Shown here piece after piece: positions 18,898-26,723 of a stretch of 32,000 nucleotides of DNA (its first letter is position 1; every line of letters begins with the position of its first letter). Source of the DNA: Pseudoalteromonas tetraodonis (GTDB taxonomy: Bacteria > Pseudomonadota > Gammaproteobacteria > Enterobacterales > Alteromonadaceae). The notes below the pieces were generated by a model, which saw only the letters and a list, made by a program, of their open reading frames with translations, searched no databases and was not told the origin of the DNA. The stretch lies in the NCBI RefSeq assembly GCF_002310835.1, contig NZ_CP011041.1, positions 270,001 through 302,000 on the forward strand. Reading direction: 5' to 3'. The translations under genes were made by a program, and so were the position numbers.

Positions 18898-19554
18898 TTA
18901 TTCGCTATCTGGCGCTACTAAATCAGCAGGTGGAACGGCCACGATTGGGCCTAAATACCACTCATCTAGCTTTTTAGCGACTTCTGGTAAGCCGGTGCCT
19001 TTAAGTGATGAAAATGCATGAACCGTAATATCGCCATCTAATTCACTTAACTCACGACGTACGCTAAGAACTTGTGATTTACGCGGACCTTGCTTTAGCT
19101 TATCGGCTTTAGTTAATAGTGCCAATACCGGAATTTCACTGCCTACAGCCCAATTAATTAAGTCGCGGTCTAAATCTTTTAATGGATGACGAATATCCAT
19201 TAATACCACAATACCTTTTAAACTTTGACGTTTTTGCAGGTATTCGCCTAGCGATTTTTGCCATTTCTTTTTCATTTCAATCGGCACTTTTGCAAACCCA
19301 TAGCCAGGTAGGTCAATTAGGCGCATATTATCTACATCGGCAAGTTCAAAGGTGTTGATCAGCTGAGTACGGCCGGGTGTTTTACTGGTTCGTGCTAACT
19401 TTTGATCGGTTAGGGCATTTAGCGCACTTGATTTACCTGCATTAGAGCGACCGGCAAACGCGACTTCAATTCCCGTATCAGCAGGTAATTTAGTGATGTC
19501 TGGCGCGCTTGTAACAAAAGACGCAGTGTTATACTTGATACGAGATTTGAGCAC
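18898..19554 (-). CDS. engB: Ribosome-biogenesis GTPase EngB (YihA)
   Basis: It has [17 protein letters not shown] (G1), DLPGYG (G3) and LTKADK (G4), and is collinear with E. coli YihA. The GTG start has AGGAG 5 nt upstream. Confidence 0.93.
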   Translation of the reverse strand: MLKSRIKYNTASFVTSAPDITKLPADTGIEVAFAGRSNAGKSSALNALTDQKLARTSKTPGRTQLINTFELADVDNMRLIDLPGYGFAKVPIEMKKKWQKSLGEYLQKRQSLKGIVVLMDIRHPLKDLDRDLINWAVGSEIPVLALLTKADKLKQGPRKSQVLSVRRELSELDGDITVHAFSSLKGTGLPEVAKKLDEWYLGPIVAVPPADLVAPDSE

Positions 19555-19835
19555 AGGCTCTCCTAAAACTTAAAAAAATAACATTGGGTAAACCAAATTC
19601 ACCCGTGGCGCGTATTTTATACTATAAAGTAGCTATTAAAAAGTGTATTTGAGCATGTAAGATCATTGCTGACAGTACATTTTAACTGGCTTAGCGTTTA
19701 ATTTTACTCAAAACCCTATAATTTATAGGTTTAATGTGTGTAGAAAACGTGCCAGAGAATTTAATATCGTGTAGAATATAAAAATCACAACATCCATATT
19801 GTAGATGATACAGGGTCGGAAACAGAGAATTCACC

Positions 19836-20468
19836 ATGAAAAAAATAGCACTATCTTTAACTATATTGCTTGGTGCGTTGTCAGCAAGCAACGCAACAGC
19901 ATTTGATGGCGATGTAAACGCAGGTAAAGAAAAATCAGCAACGTGTGCGGCTTGTCACGGCCCAGACGGTAATGCGCCGGTTAACATCTACCCAAAAATT
20001 GCAGGCCAACACGCAGATTACATATACAAGCAACTTACTGAATTTAAATTAGGTATGACTTCGGGCGGTAAAGAAGGTCGTATGAATCCAGTAATGAGCG
20101 GTATGGCAATGCCATTAAGTGATCAAGATATGAAAGACTTGGCTGCTTACTTTGCTTCTTTGAACATGTCTGAAGGTGCTACACCGAAAGATGTTCAAGA
20201 AACAGGCGCAATGTTATATAAAGCAGGTGATGCTGAGCGCGGTATCCCATCATGTGCGGCTTGTCATGGTCCACGTGGTAATGGCTCTTCACTTGCTAAA
20301 TTCCCAAAGATTTCTTTCCAACATCCAGAATACATCAAGTCACAACTTGAACAGTTCAGAGATGGTGTTCGTAATAACGACCTAAATGGTGTTATGCAGG
20401 ACATTGCAAAGAAACTAACAGATAAAGACATTGAAACACTCTCTAAATACCTTGGTGGTCTACACTAA
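19836..20468 (+). CDS. Diheme cytochrome c4
   Basis: It has a signal peptide and two CAACHGP heme motifs in duplicated ~100-aa halves. engB-cc4 adjacency is also known in Pseudomonas. Confidence 0.9.
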   Translation: MKKIALSLTILLGALSASNATAFDGDVNAGKEKSATCAACHGPDGNAPVNIYPKIAGQHADYIYKQLTEFKLGMTSGGKEGRMNPVMSGMAMPLSDQDMKDLAAYFASLNMSEGATPKDVQETGAMLYKAGDAERGIPSCAACHGPRGNGSSLAKFPKISFQHPEYIKSQLEQFRDGVRNNDLNGVMQDIAKKLTDKDIETLSKYLGGLH

Positions 20469-20520
20469 AGTCGTATTTATTTAGATGTTGTTAACATAAT
20501 ATAATGTTAATTAGTGAAAA

Positions 20521-20543
20521 AGGCAGCTTTAGCTGCTTTTTTT
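20521..20543 (+). terminator. Rho-independent terminator of the cytochrome c4 gene
   Basis: AGGCAGC (20521-20527), loop TTTA, GCTGCTT (20532-20538), with a T-run to 20543. Confidence 0.85.
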
Positions 20544-20740
20544 GTGCCTGCCGTGACCGATAAAGCTCCTTCTCTTGTAAGACATTGACCATACTTTGGT
20601 GTAAGAAAAATCTCATTTTATTTTTATTTTTTAATGTAACTTATTGTAATTTATATTTTTTAGTGTTTTTTGTCATATGTAGTACAAGAAAAAAGATATA
20701 AATTAGTTGTAACAAAATTATTAACGAGTAAATTAACCCC

Positions 20741-21045
20741 TGTCGCAAAAACAATAACAAATAGGAAAACGTTATAAGGATAGTAGCGCGGCACGACTGA
20801 ATAGCACATAGAGTGTGCTACCAAAGGAAATATCAAAAAAGTGTTAGGAAGACCGAAAATAATAAAATACTCATGGAAGTTTAATAATAAAAACAAAATG
20901 GAATGCTACACGGAAGATAAATAATAAAAATACGGATAGAAAATAATAATAAAAACAATAAAGACTAAAAAGTCGAAGGGAGAAGTGTCCATATAATGGC
21001 GCTCAGATTAGTAGGCGGTAGAGATGTTTTCTCTACCGCCTTTTT
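20741..21045 (+). ncRNA. Csr/Rsm-family-like GGA-repeat regulatory RNA candidate (CsrA sponge)
   Basis: Nine GGA motifs lie on the + strand between 20763 and 20981, and there is no TCC on that strand over 20760-20985. The spacers are A-rich degenerate repeats. The terminator is GGCGGTAGAG (21014-21023)/CTCTACCGCC (21031-21040) plus T5. A putative promoter is TTGTAA (20707-20712), 16-nt spacer, TAAATT (20729-20734). The predicted 5' end TGTCGC.. resembles CsrB/RsmZ 5' ends. The position matches E. coli csrC, which lies between yihA and yihI. The 5' end is not established. Confidence 0.7.
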
Positions 21046-21200
21046 ATTTGTCCTGTTACAATACCCCCCGTTTAAAAAAAGCACCTTAACTGTGCTTTGG
21101 CGCGCAAAACGCCCAAACTGAATTCTCCTGGCTAGGCCAGCACCGCGATGCCCATTGAGTTGCGCCTCGCTCAAAACCTCTTAAGTGAGACGATCAAGAT

Positions 21201-21785
21201 ATGAGTAGAAAGAAAAAGTCACGTAAAATTCCATCAAATGGTCCCGTTCGTTTAAGTCAAGATAAGCTTAAAGAAATGCGCGCATTGAAAGAGCAACGTG
21301 TTAAAAAAACTAAGGGCGCTAAGCCTGGTTCACGTAATGCACCGGATGCATTGAGTAATGACACTCAAAAAGCAGGTTCGGCTGCTAAAGATAAACGCGT
21401 TGGTAGTAAAAAAGCAGTGCCATTGGTTGCACCTGCTGCTGAACCAAAAATCGAAATGAAACGTAACCTTAAACCTGTAGCAGAGCTTAAAAAGGCTGTT
21501 GAACCAGAATTAACGCCTGAACAAGAGTTAGAAGCCCTTGAAAATGATGAGCGCTTACTTAAATTAGTTGAGCGTCATGAGCAAGGTGAAATGCTAACGG
21601 GTAAAGATGCAAAATACTTTAATAGCCGCATAGCGCGTCACCAAGTGCTTTGTAAATTATTAGGCATTGAAGATGAAGAAGAGTTTGAAGATGACTTCAG
21701 CGATGAAGACAGTAATTCAGACTTTGATCAATACCTATCAAACGATCTAGCGAATGAATGGCTAGATGACGACGAAGATAAGTAA
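21201..21785 (+). CDS. yihI: Der GTPase-activating protein YihI
   Basis: It has a basic N-terminus and an acidic C-terminus. KDKRVGSKKAVPL parallels E. coli YihI KDPRIGSKTPIPL, and LEALENDERL parallels LELLETDERL. Confidence 0.85.
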   Translation: MSRKKKSRKIPSNGPVRLSQDKLKEMRALKEQRVKKTKGAKPGSRNAPDALSNDTQKAGSAAKDKRVGSKKAVPLVAPAAEPKIEMKRNLKPVAELKKAVEPELTPEQELEALENDERLLKLVERHEQGEMLTGKDAKYFNSRIARHQVLCKLLGIEDEEEFEDDFSDEDSNSDFDQYLSNDLANEWLDDDEDK

Positions 21786-21797
21786 TAAGGACACGCA

Positions 21798-22313
21798 ATG
21801 AGTACAGCAGTGATCTTAGCCTTAGTTGTAGGTGCTGCTATTATAGCGGGCTTGGCATTTTATGCGGGTCAGTTGCTCTATAAGCTAAATGTGCAAAAAA
21901 AGCTAATTAGCAAAAAACAGACAGAGCAACAGCAAAAGCTAAAACAGTCGCGTTTAAAGCGTAATGCGAAGTTAGCCGATAGTATTCATTTAATTGCACG
22001 TGCTATGAATGAAAAGCAATGTGATTACTCTGAGGGGTGCTTACGTATTTGGGTGCTTATGTCGCAATATAGTTTTGATACTGAGCGCGACCTAACGAGT
22101 GCATACCCGGGTATTTATAAAATGTACGACGTGGTAAAAGAAATGCCAACCCATGATTCGCGCAAAAAGTACGCTAAAAAAGAAATTTTTAAGCAAGACA
22201 CGGCGCGCTGGCGCGCAGAAGAATCACTGAGTGATGAAATTGAAGCTGACTGTAAAAAAATTATTGTTGAGTTTAAAGCAGCCCAAGGCAGCGAAAACGT
22301 GGTTTTTAACTAG
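21798..22313 (+). CDS. N-terminally membrane-anchored conserved protein (DUF2489-like)
   Basis: 171 aa with an N-terminal TM helix AVILALVVGAAIIAGLAFYAG. It lies between yihI and hemN, as in vibrios from memory. The family assignment is tentative. Confidence 0.55.
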   Translation: MSTAVILALVVGAAIIAGLAFYAGQLLYKLNVQKKLISKKQTEQQQKLKQSRLKRNAKLADSIHLIARAMNEKQCDYSEGCLRIWVLMSQYSFDTERDLTSAYPGIYKMYDVVKEMPTHDSRKKYAKKEIFKQDTARWRAEESLSDEIEADCKKIIVEFKAAQGSENVVFN

Positions 22314-22336
22314 CGCTTAGATTTTACGGCATATAT

Positions 22337-22367
22337 AAAAAAAGCAGACCTTGGTCTGCTTTTTTTT
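22337..22367. terminator. Bidirectional rho-independent terminator between the DUF2489-like gene and hemN
   Basis: The sequence is an A-run, GCAGAC-CTTG-GTCTGC (22344-22359), then T8. It reads as a terminator on both strands. Confidence 0.85.
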
Positions 22368-22385
22368 ATGCGTGCTAGTTTTAAA

Positions 22386-23759
22386 TTATATAACGCGTGA
22401 GAAGCGAGTGGCATTTATCTGTTTTTGTAAATGCGCATCAAAGCACATACAAATAATACGAATAAATAAATTCCCTTTTGGTGTTACGCTAATTAGGTTG
22501 TTTTCTATTGTTACCATTTCATCGGCAATTAATGGTGCGAGTGCCTCTAAAGCATCTTGAAAGTAGTCATTAAAGCTGATTTTATGTCTGTTAGCGAATA
22601 CGCTCATATCAAGCTCAAACTGGCAAATAAGCTGCTTAATCGCATCGGCGCGAATAAGATCATCTTGGGTTAAATGCATGCCTTTATTAATGGCACTGCC
22701 TGCTTGCTCATCAACTGCTTGATAATAATGTTTTAACTCTTTTTTATTTTGTAATATCGCTGTGCCTATTTGTGAAATAGACGAGACACCTAAGCCCAAT
22801 AAGTCGCACTCGCCATGAGTGGTGTAGCCTTGAAAATTACGATGCAGCTGATTCGTATTTTGTGCAATGGCTAGCTCATTATCAACTTTTGCAAAGTGAT
22901 CCATACCTATAAATTGATAGCCCGCCTGCGTCATTTGCTCTAGGGTATTTTTAAACATGGTGAGCTTATTATGCGCACTGGGTAAATCGGCGTCTTTAAT
23001 TTTACGTTGGGCGGCAAAACGTTCTGGTAAATGAGCGTAGTTAAATACTGAAACGCGGTCAGGGTTTAAGGCAATAAGTTGCTCAATCGTTTGTGTAAAG
23101 CTCTCAGGTGTTTGTAGTGGCAGGCCATAAATCATATCAGCATTAATTGATTTAAAGCCCAACTGTTTTGCTTGGGTAATTAATTGCTTTACCTCATCAA
23201 CATGCTGAGGGCGATTAACAGCCAGCTGAACCTGATCATTAAAATCTTGAATACCAAATGACACACGATTAAACCCCAACTCGCTTAAATCAACCAGCAT
23301 ATTGTCAGCCAGTGAGCGAGGGTCGATTTCGATACCGCGCTCGCAGGTATCGCTAAAGTTAAAGTGTTGCTCTAGTAGCGTTACTAAGCGCGTCATTTGC
23401 GCTGCGGTTAAAAAAGTTGGTGTGCCGCCCCCCAAATGTAATTGCTCAACCCGATAATCTTGAAACAGCGGCGCTTGTGCTGCAATTTCTTTAGCTAAAA
23501 AGTCTAGGTAGGTATCGGCTTTAGATTGGTGGCGAGTAATGACTTTATTACAGCCACAGTAATAACAAAGCTGACTACAAAAAGGAATATGAATATATAA
23601 AGACAACGAACGGGTTTGCGATGATTCAATAGCGCTAATCAAATCTTGTTGCTGATAACCATCAGCTAACGAAAGCGCGGTCGGGTAAGACGTATAACGC
23701 GGGCCCGATACATTGTATTTGTTTATTAAAGTTTGATCCCATTGAGGAAGTTTAATCAT
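22386..23759 (-). CDS. hemN: Oxygen-independent coproporphyrinogen III oxidase (radical SAM)
   Basis: It has KYNVSGPRYTSYPTA and the radical-SAM motif CSQLCYYCGC. ATG 23759 gives 457 aa and has AGGTG 6 nt upstream. The track start GTG 23768 is probably over-extended. Confidence 0.95.
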   Translation of the reverse strand: MIKLPQWDQTLINKYNVSGPRYTSYPTALSLADGYQQQDLISAIESSQTRSLSLYIHIPFCSQLCYYCGCNKVITRHQSKADTYLDFLAKEIAAQAPLFQDYRVEQLHLGGGTPTFLTAAQMTRLVTLLEQHFNFSDTCERGIEIDPRSLADNMLVDLSELGFNRVSFGIQDFNDQVQLAVNRPQHVDEVKQLITQAKQLGFKSINADMIYGLPLQTPESFTQTIEQLIALNPDRVSVFNYAHLPERFAAQRKIKDADLPSAHNKLTMFKNTLEQMTQAGYQFIGMDHFAKVDNELAIAQNTNQLHRNFQGYTTHGECDLLGLGVSSISQIGTAILQNKKELKHYYQAVDEQAGSAINKGMHLTQDDLIRADAIKQLICQFELDMSVFANRHKISFNDYFQDALEALAPLIADEMVTIENNLISVTPKGNLFIRIICMCFDAHLQKQINATRFSRVI

Positions 23760-23790
23760 CACGCGCACCTTATCTTTTAAGTTGCTGCGT

Positions 23791-23832
23791 ATTGTAAAAA
23801 AGCAAAGAGGAGGAGGTTTTGATCTACAACAA
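23791..23832 (-). promoter_or_regulatory. Class II FNR/Anr-type promoter of hemN
   Basis: The - strand reads TTGTT-GTAG-ATCAA (23832-23819), then exactly 22 nt, then TACAAT (23796-23791). This centres the box at about -41.5 relative to a predicted TSS near 23784. Confidence 0.7.
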
Positions 23833-23857
23833 AAAAAGGTGCCGCAGCACCTTTTTA
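23831..23857 (-). terminator. Rho-independent terminator of yjgA
   Basis: AGGTGC-CGCA-GCACCT (23837-23852) is flanked by an A7 run and a T5 run. On the - strand it is followed by T7. Confidence 0.85.
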
Positions 23858-23875
23858 ATATATAACGCGGCTGCG

Positions 23876-24400
23876 TTACATTATGGCGTCTTTTAAGTAC
23901 TGAAATAACTCTTTGTAGCTTCTCGCTGGTTTTTCGGCTTTTACTTCTTTGGCAGCATTACGCACCATTTGGCGCATTTTTTGGCGCTCAAGAGCTGGAT
24001 ATTGTTCAATTGTTTCGTTGATTAAGTCATCGCCTTGTTCAATTAAATCACTGCGCAGTTGCTCAATTTTTTTGATCATAACCTCAGCTTGGTTATTTTT
24101 ATTAAGCATGACATCAATGATCGCTTTAATTTCTTCAATATTTTCTACTGTACGAAGGGTTTTTGCGATGTAATTTAAATGTCGGCGGTAAGCATCACTT
24201 TTATTACTTATTTTATCAGCAACCACCATTGCTTCTTTTAAGTCATCATTGAGCGGCAGGCGTTCACGCTGCTTTTTACCCATTTTGGCAATTTCAGATC
24301 CTAACTGATGAAACTCTTGCGCTTCGCGCTTAAGTTCACTTTTTGATACATATATAATTTCTTCTTCAATTTCAGCAGGCTTGCCTTTTTTCTTCGCCAT
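23876..24400 (-). CDS. yjgA: Ribosome-associated protein YjgA (DarP, DUF615)
   Basis: VSKSELKREAQEFHQLG parallels E. coli YjgA VSKSEIKRDAEELKRLG. It is divergent from pmbA, as in E. coli. Confidence 0.88.
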   Translation of the reverse strand: MAKKKGKPAEIEEEIIYVSKSELKREAQEFHQLGSEIAKMGKKQRERLPLNDDLKEAMVVADKISNKSDAYRRHLNYIAKTLRTVENIEEIKAIIDVMLNKNNQAEVMIKKIEQLRSDLIEQGDDLINETIEQYPALERQKMRQMVRNAAKEVKAEKPARSYKELFQYLKDAIM

Positions 24401-24545
24401 GGGGTGCTCTTAAATAAAAATAACTTCATCTATTATACGCGATTCTTTTAGTGATTAATATTAGCTGATGTGGTGCAGTGAGTGTGTTAGCATTTAAATA
24501 TAAAAAATGTGTGCAATATGGCCTTCAGGGCTCAGGACAGAATTT

Positions 24546-25895
24546 ATGAAAAGCCAACACCAAGATCCAATTTATTCGCAAATCTCTCAAGTAAAAGACG
24601 CTGTATCAGAAGTACTTGAACATGCTAAAAAACTAGGTGCTACCGCTGCAGAAGCTGCTATGTCTAGCACTTCGGGGCTGTCGGTAAGTACGCGCATGGG
24701 GGAGGTAGAAACCATTGAGTTTAATCAAGACGGTGGTTTAGGTATTAGCGTGTATGTTGGCAATAACAAAGGCTCGGCATCAACGGCTGATTTAAATCCT
24801 AAAACATTACGTGCTGTGGTCGAAAAAGCCATCGATATTGCTAAATTCACTTCAGACGATCCATGTAATGGCATTGCTGATAAAGAACTGCTTGAGTTTG
24901 CCCCTAAAGATCTAGACTTGTTTCATCCTTGGGATGTAAGCCCAGAGCAAGGGATTGATTTATGTCATGCCGCAGAGCAAGCCGCATTAAACGCCGATGA
25001 GCGAATTGTGAATTCAGATGGCGCTAGCTTTTCATCGCATCAAGGTTTGCGAGTATATGGTAACAGCCATGGTTTAATTGCCGGCTTTCCACGTACTCGC
25101 CACAGCATAAGCACTATGGTGATAGGTAAAGAGGGCGAGCATATGCAGCGCGACTCAGCCTACACGATTTCTCGCGATCAAGCGGGGTTAAAAGATGCTG
25201 CAAGTGTTGGACTTGAAGCTGCAGCAGAAACCCTAGCAAAACTAAACAGCCAAAAACTAGGCACCATGAAAGTGCCGGTTATTTTTAGAGCCGATATTGC
25301 TAATTCATTGTTTGGCCATTTGGTATCAGCAATTGGTGGTGGCGCACTGTATCGTAAATCCAGCTTTTTATTGGATAGCTTAGGCACGCAGGTATTTAGC
25401 AAAACCGTTAATATTTCAGAGCGTCCGCACTTACTTAAAGGCTTAGCATCATCGCCATTTGATAGCGAAGGGGTTAAAACTCTCGACAGAGAAATAATTC
25501 ACGGTGGCGAGTTACAAACGTATTTATTAGCAAGCTATGCTGCACGTAAAATGAATATGACCCCAACAGGGCACGCTGGCGGTATTCATAATTGGTTAGT
25601 AGAACAGACGCATCAAGATTTAACTGCATTATTAAAAACCATGGGTACGGGCTTATTAGTTACAGAATTGATGGGGCAGGGCGTGAATACCGTAACCGGT
25701 GACTACTCTCGCGGTGCGGCTGGTTTTTGGGTTGAAAATGGGGAAATACAATACCCAGTAAGCGAAATTACGATTGCTGGTAATTTAAAAGATATGTTCA
25801 AAGGTATTTCCGCTATAGGTGGCGATATAGAGCGTCGCGGCGGGATTCAGACTGGTTCAGTACTGATTGAACAAATGCAAGTAGCAGGTGCTTAA
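24546..25895 (+). CDS. pmbA: Metalloprotease PmbA (TldE)
   Basis: It is collinear with E. coli PmbA, including the near-identical C-terminus GDYSRGAAGFWVENGEIQYPVSEITIAGNLKDM. ATG 24546 gives 449 aa. The track start at 24507 is over-extended. Confidence 0.95.
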   Translation: MKSQHQDPIYSQISQVKDAVSEVLEHAKKLGATAAEAAMSSTSGLSVSTRMGEVETIEFNQDGGLGISVYVGNNKGSASTADLNPKTLRAVVEKAIDIAKFTSDDPCNGIADKELLEFAPKDLDLFHPWDVSPEQGIDLCHAAEQAALNADERIVNSDGASFSSHQGLRVYGNSHGLIAGFPRTRHSISTMVIGKEGEHMQRDSAYTISRDQAGLKDAASVGLEAAAETLAKLNSQKLGTMKVPVIFRADIANSLFGHLVSAIGGGALYRKSSFLLDSLGTQVFSKTVNISERPHLLKGLASSPFDSEGVKTLDREIIHGGELQTYLLASYAARKMNMTPTGHAGGIHNWLVEQTHQDLTALLKTMGTGLLVTELMGQGVNTVTGDYSRGAAGFWVENGEIQYPVSEITIAGNLKDMFKGISAIGGDIERRGGIQTGSVLIEQMQVAGA

Positions 25896-25945
25896 TACCC
25901 ATCCGCAATAATATTTATTTCAGTGAATTGGTATAAACCCACTTT

Positions 25946-25985
25946 GCTTGCTTAAATTAAGCTTAATTTAAGCAAGCTTTCTTTT
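25946..25985 (+). terminator. Perfect 32-bp palindrome plus T-tract (pmbA terminator and/or operator)
   Basis: GCTTGCTTAAATTAA-GC-TTAATTTAAGCAAGC (25946-25977) is followed by TTTCTTTT (25978-25985). Confidence 0.65.
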
Positions 25986-26004
25986 GATGTTTCTAAGGTG
26001 TGAT

Positions 26005-26484
26005 ATGGCTAAAGATAGATATGCGCCAAAACCGTTAACCGATATTATGGCTGGGCTGAACAACCGCTTAGCAGCCTATGCGGGAAAAAGCCAAGCACTG
26101 GATACACAGCAACAATTGTTGCGCGATTTCTTAGGCCCTAAGTTAGGTGAAAAGTGCCGAGTAAGTAATTACCGTGACGGCACCTTAATGATAGAAGCCG
26201 TTTCTGCACCTATTGCCCTTAGGCTTAATTATTTAAAAATGGACATGCAATCGCATTTTAGAGCCGCGGGTATGGCCGAGCTTGGGCAAATAAAAATTAC
26301 TGCCAATCCACAGGCAACTCAACGGTTAAGCACTCGACTTAAAGTGGCTGATGGCAAACCAACGAACTCCCTTAAAATGAGTGAACAAACGGCTGATTAT
26401 TTAAATGCGATCGCCGATTCTGCTCCACCGTCATTAAAAGAAAAGCTTCAACGCTTAGCTTTACATGGTAAAAATAAACCTTAA
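26005..26484 (+). CDS. dciA: DUF721 protein, DciA-type replicative helicase loader candidate
   Basis: CRVSNYRDGTLMIEAVSAPIALRLNYLKMDM is the DUF721 core (C/W-x-V-x-x-x-x-G-x-L-x-[IVL]-x-x-x-S-x-x). The neighbourhood near secA/mutT matches vibrios and pseudomonads. ATG 26005 is preceded by AAGGTG. TTG 25984 lies inside the terminator T-tract. Confidence 0.7.
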   Translation: MAKDRYAPKPLTDIMAGLNNRLAAYAGKSQALDTQQQLLRDFLGPKLGEKCRVSNYRDGTLMIEAVSAPIALRLNYLKMDMQSHFRAAGMAELGQIKITANPQATQRLSTRLKVADGKPTNSLKMSEQTADYLNAIADSAPPSLKEKLQRLALHGKNKP

Positions 26485-26723
26485 TTAAATACCATTTAAC
26501 ACCTTGCTCGGTTTGTTTTGCTGGCTTTAAAATACTTTGTTACATATTCGATTTTATTGTTATTTAAATCAGGTTTATGATGCCTAGTTAGTACTTCCTA
26601 AATTAGGTTGTAGCTGATGCGTATTTCATTAAGCAGATAATAGACTGCATCCTATTGTTGTTTTTTTGAGTTATCAAATCTTAATGAAATGCGTATTTAT
26701 TCTAATTAATATACGGAATTCTT

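Noticed and set aside
19691-19891. 66-aa - strand ORF spanning the engB-cc4 intergenic region and the cc4 start.
   Set aside because: It overlaps the cc4 signal-peptide codons in antisense, has no SD and shows no recognisable similarity.
20576-20605. A complete GacA/UvrY box upstream of the Csr-like RNA.
   Set aside because: Only TGTAAG half-sites are present (20576 and 20600). The expected CTTACA partner 6 nt downstream is absent in both cases, so I report them only as weak candidates within the Csr finding.
20660-21174. Two - strand ORFs in the cc4-yihI gap: 20660-20896 (78 aa, very hydrophobic) and 20965-21174 (69 aa).
   Set aside because: The hydrophobicity is an artefact of translating the complement of an A-rich, GGA-repeat sequence, which gives runs of F, L, I, V and P. 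No SD is present. The second ORF runs through the terminator hairpin. The + strand ncRNA reading explains the region better.
21046-21200. Abrupt switch from about 25% GC (20580-20960) to about 53% GC, with several short GC hairpins (for example CTGGC-TAG-GCCAG at 21128-21140), just upstream of yihI. I considered a second ncRNA or a riboswitch-like leader.
   Set aside because: There is no terminator, no recognisable motif, and the hairpins are short. It is most simply the yihI promoter and 5' UTR. I cannot support anything more without conservation or transcript data.
22351-22560. 69-aa + strand ORF starting inside the bidirectional terminator and running antisense into the hemN 3' end.
   Set aside because: It starts within a terminator hairpin and T-run and is nested antisense in hemN.
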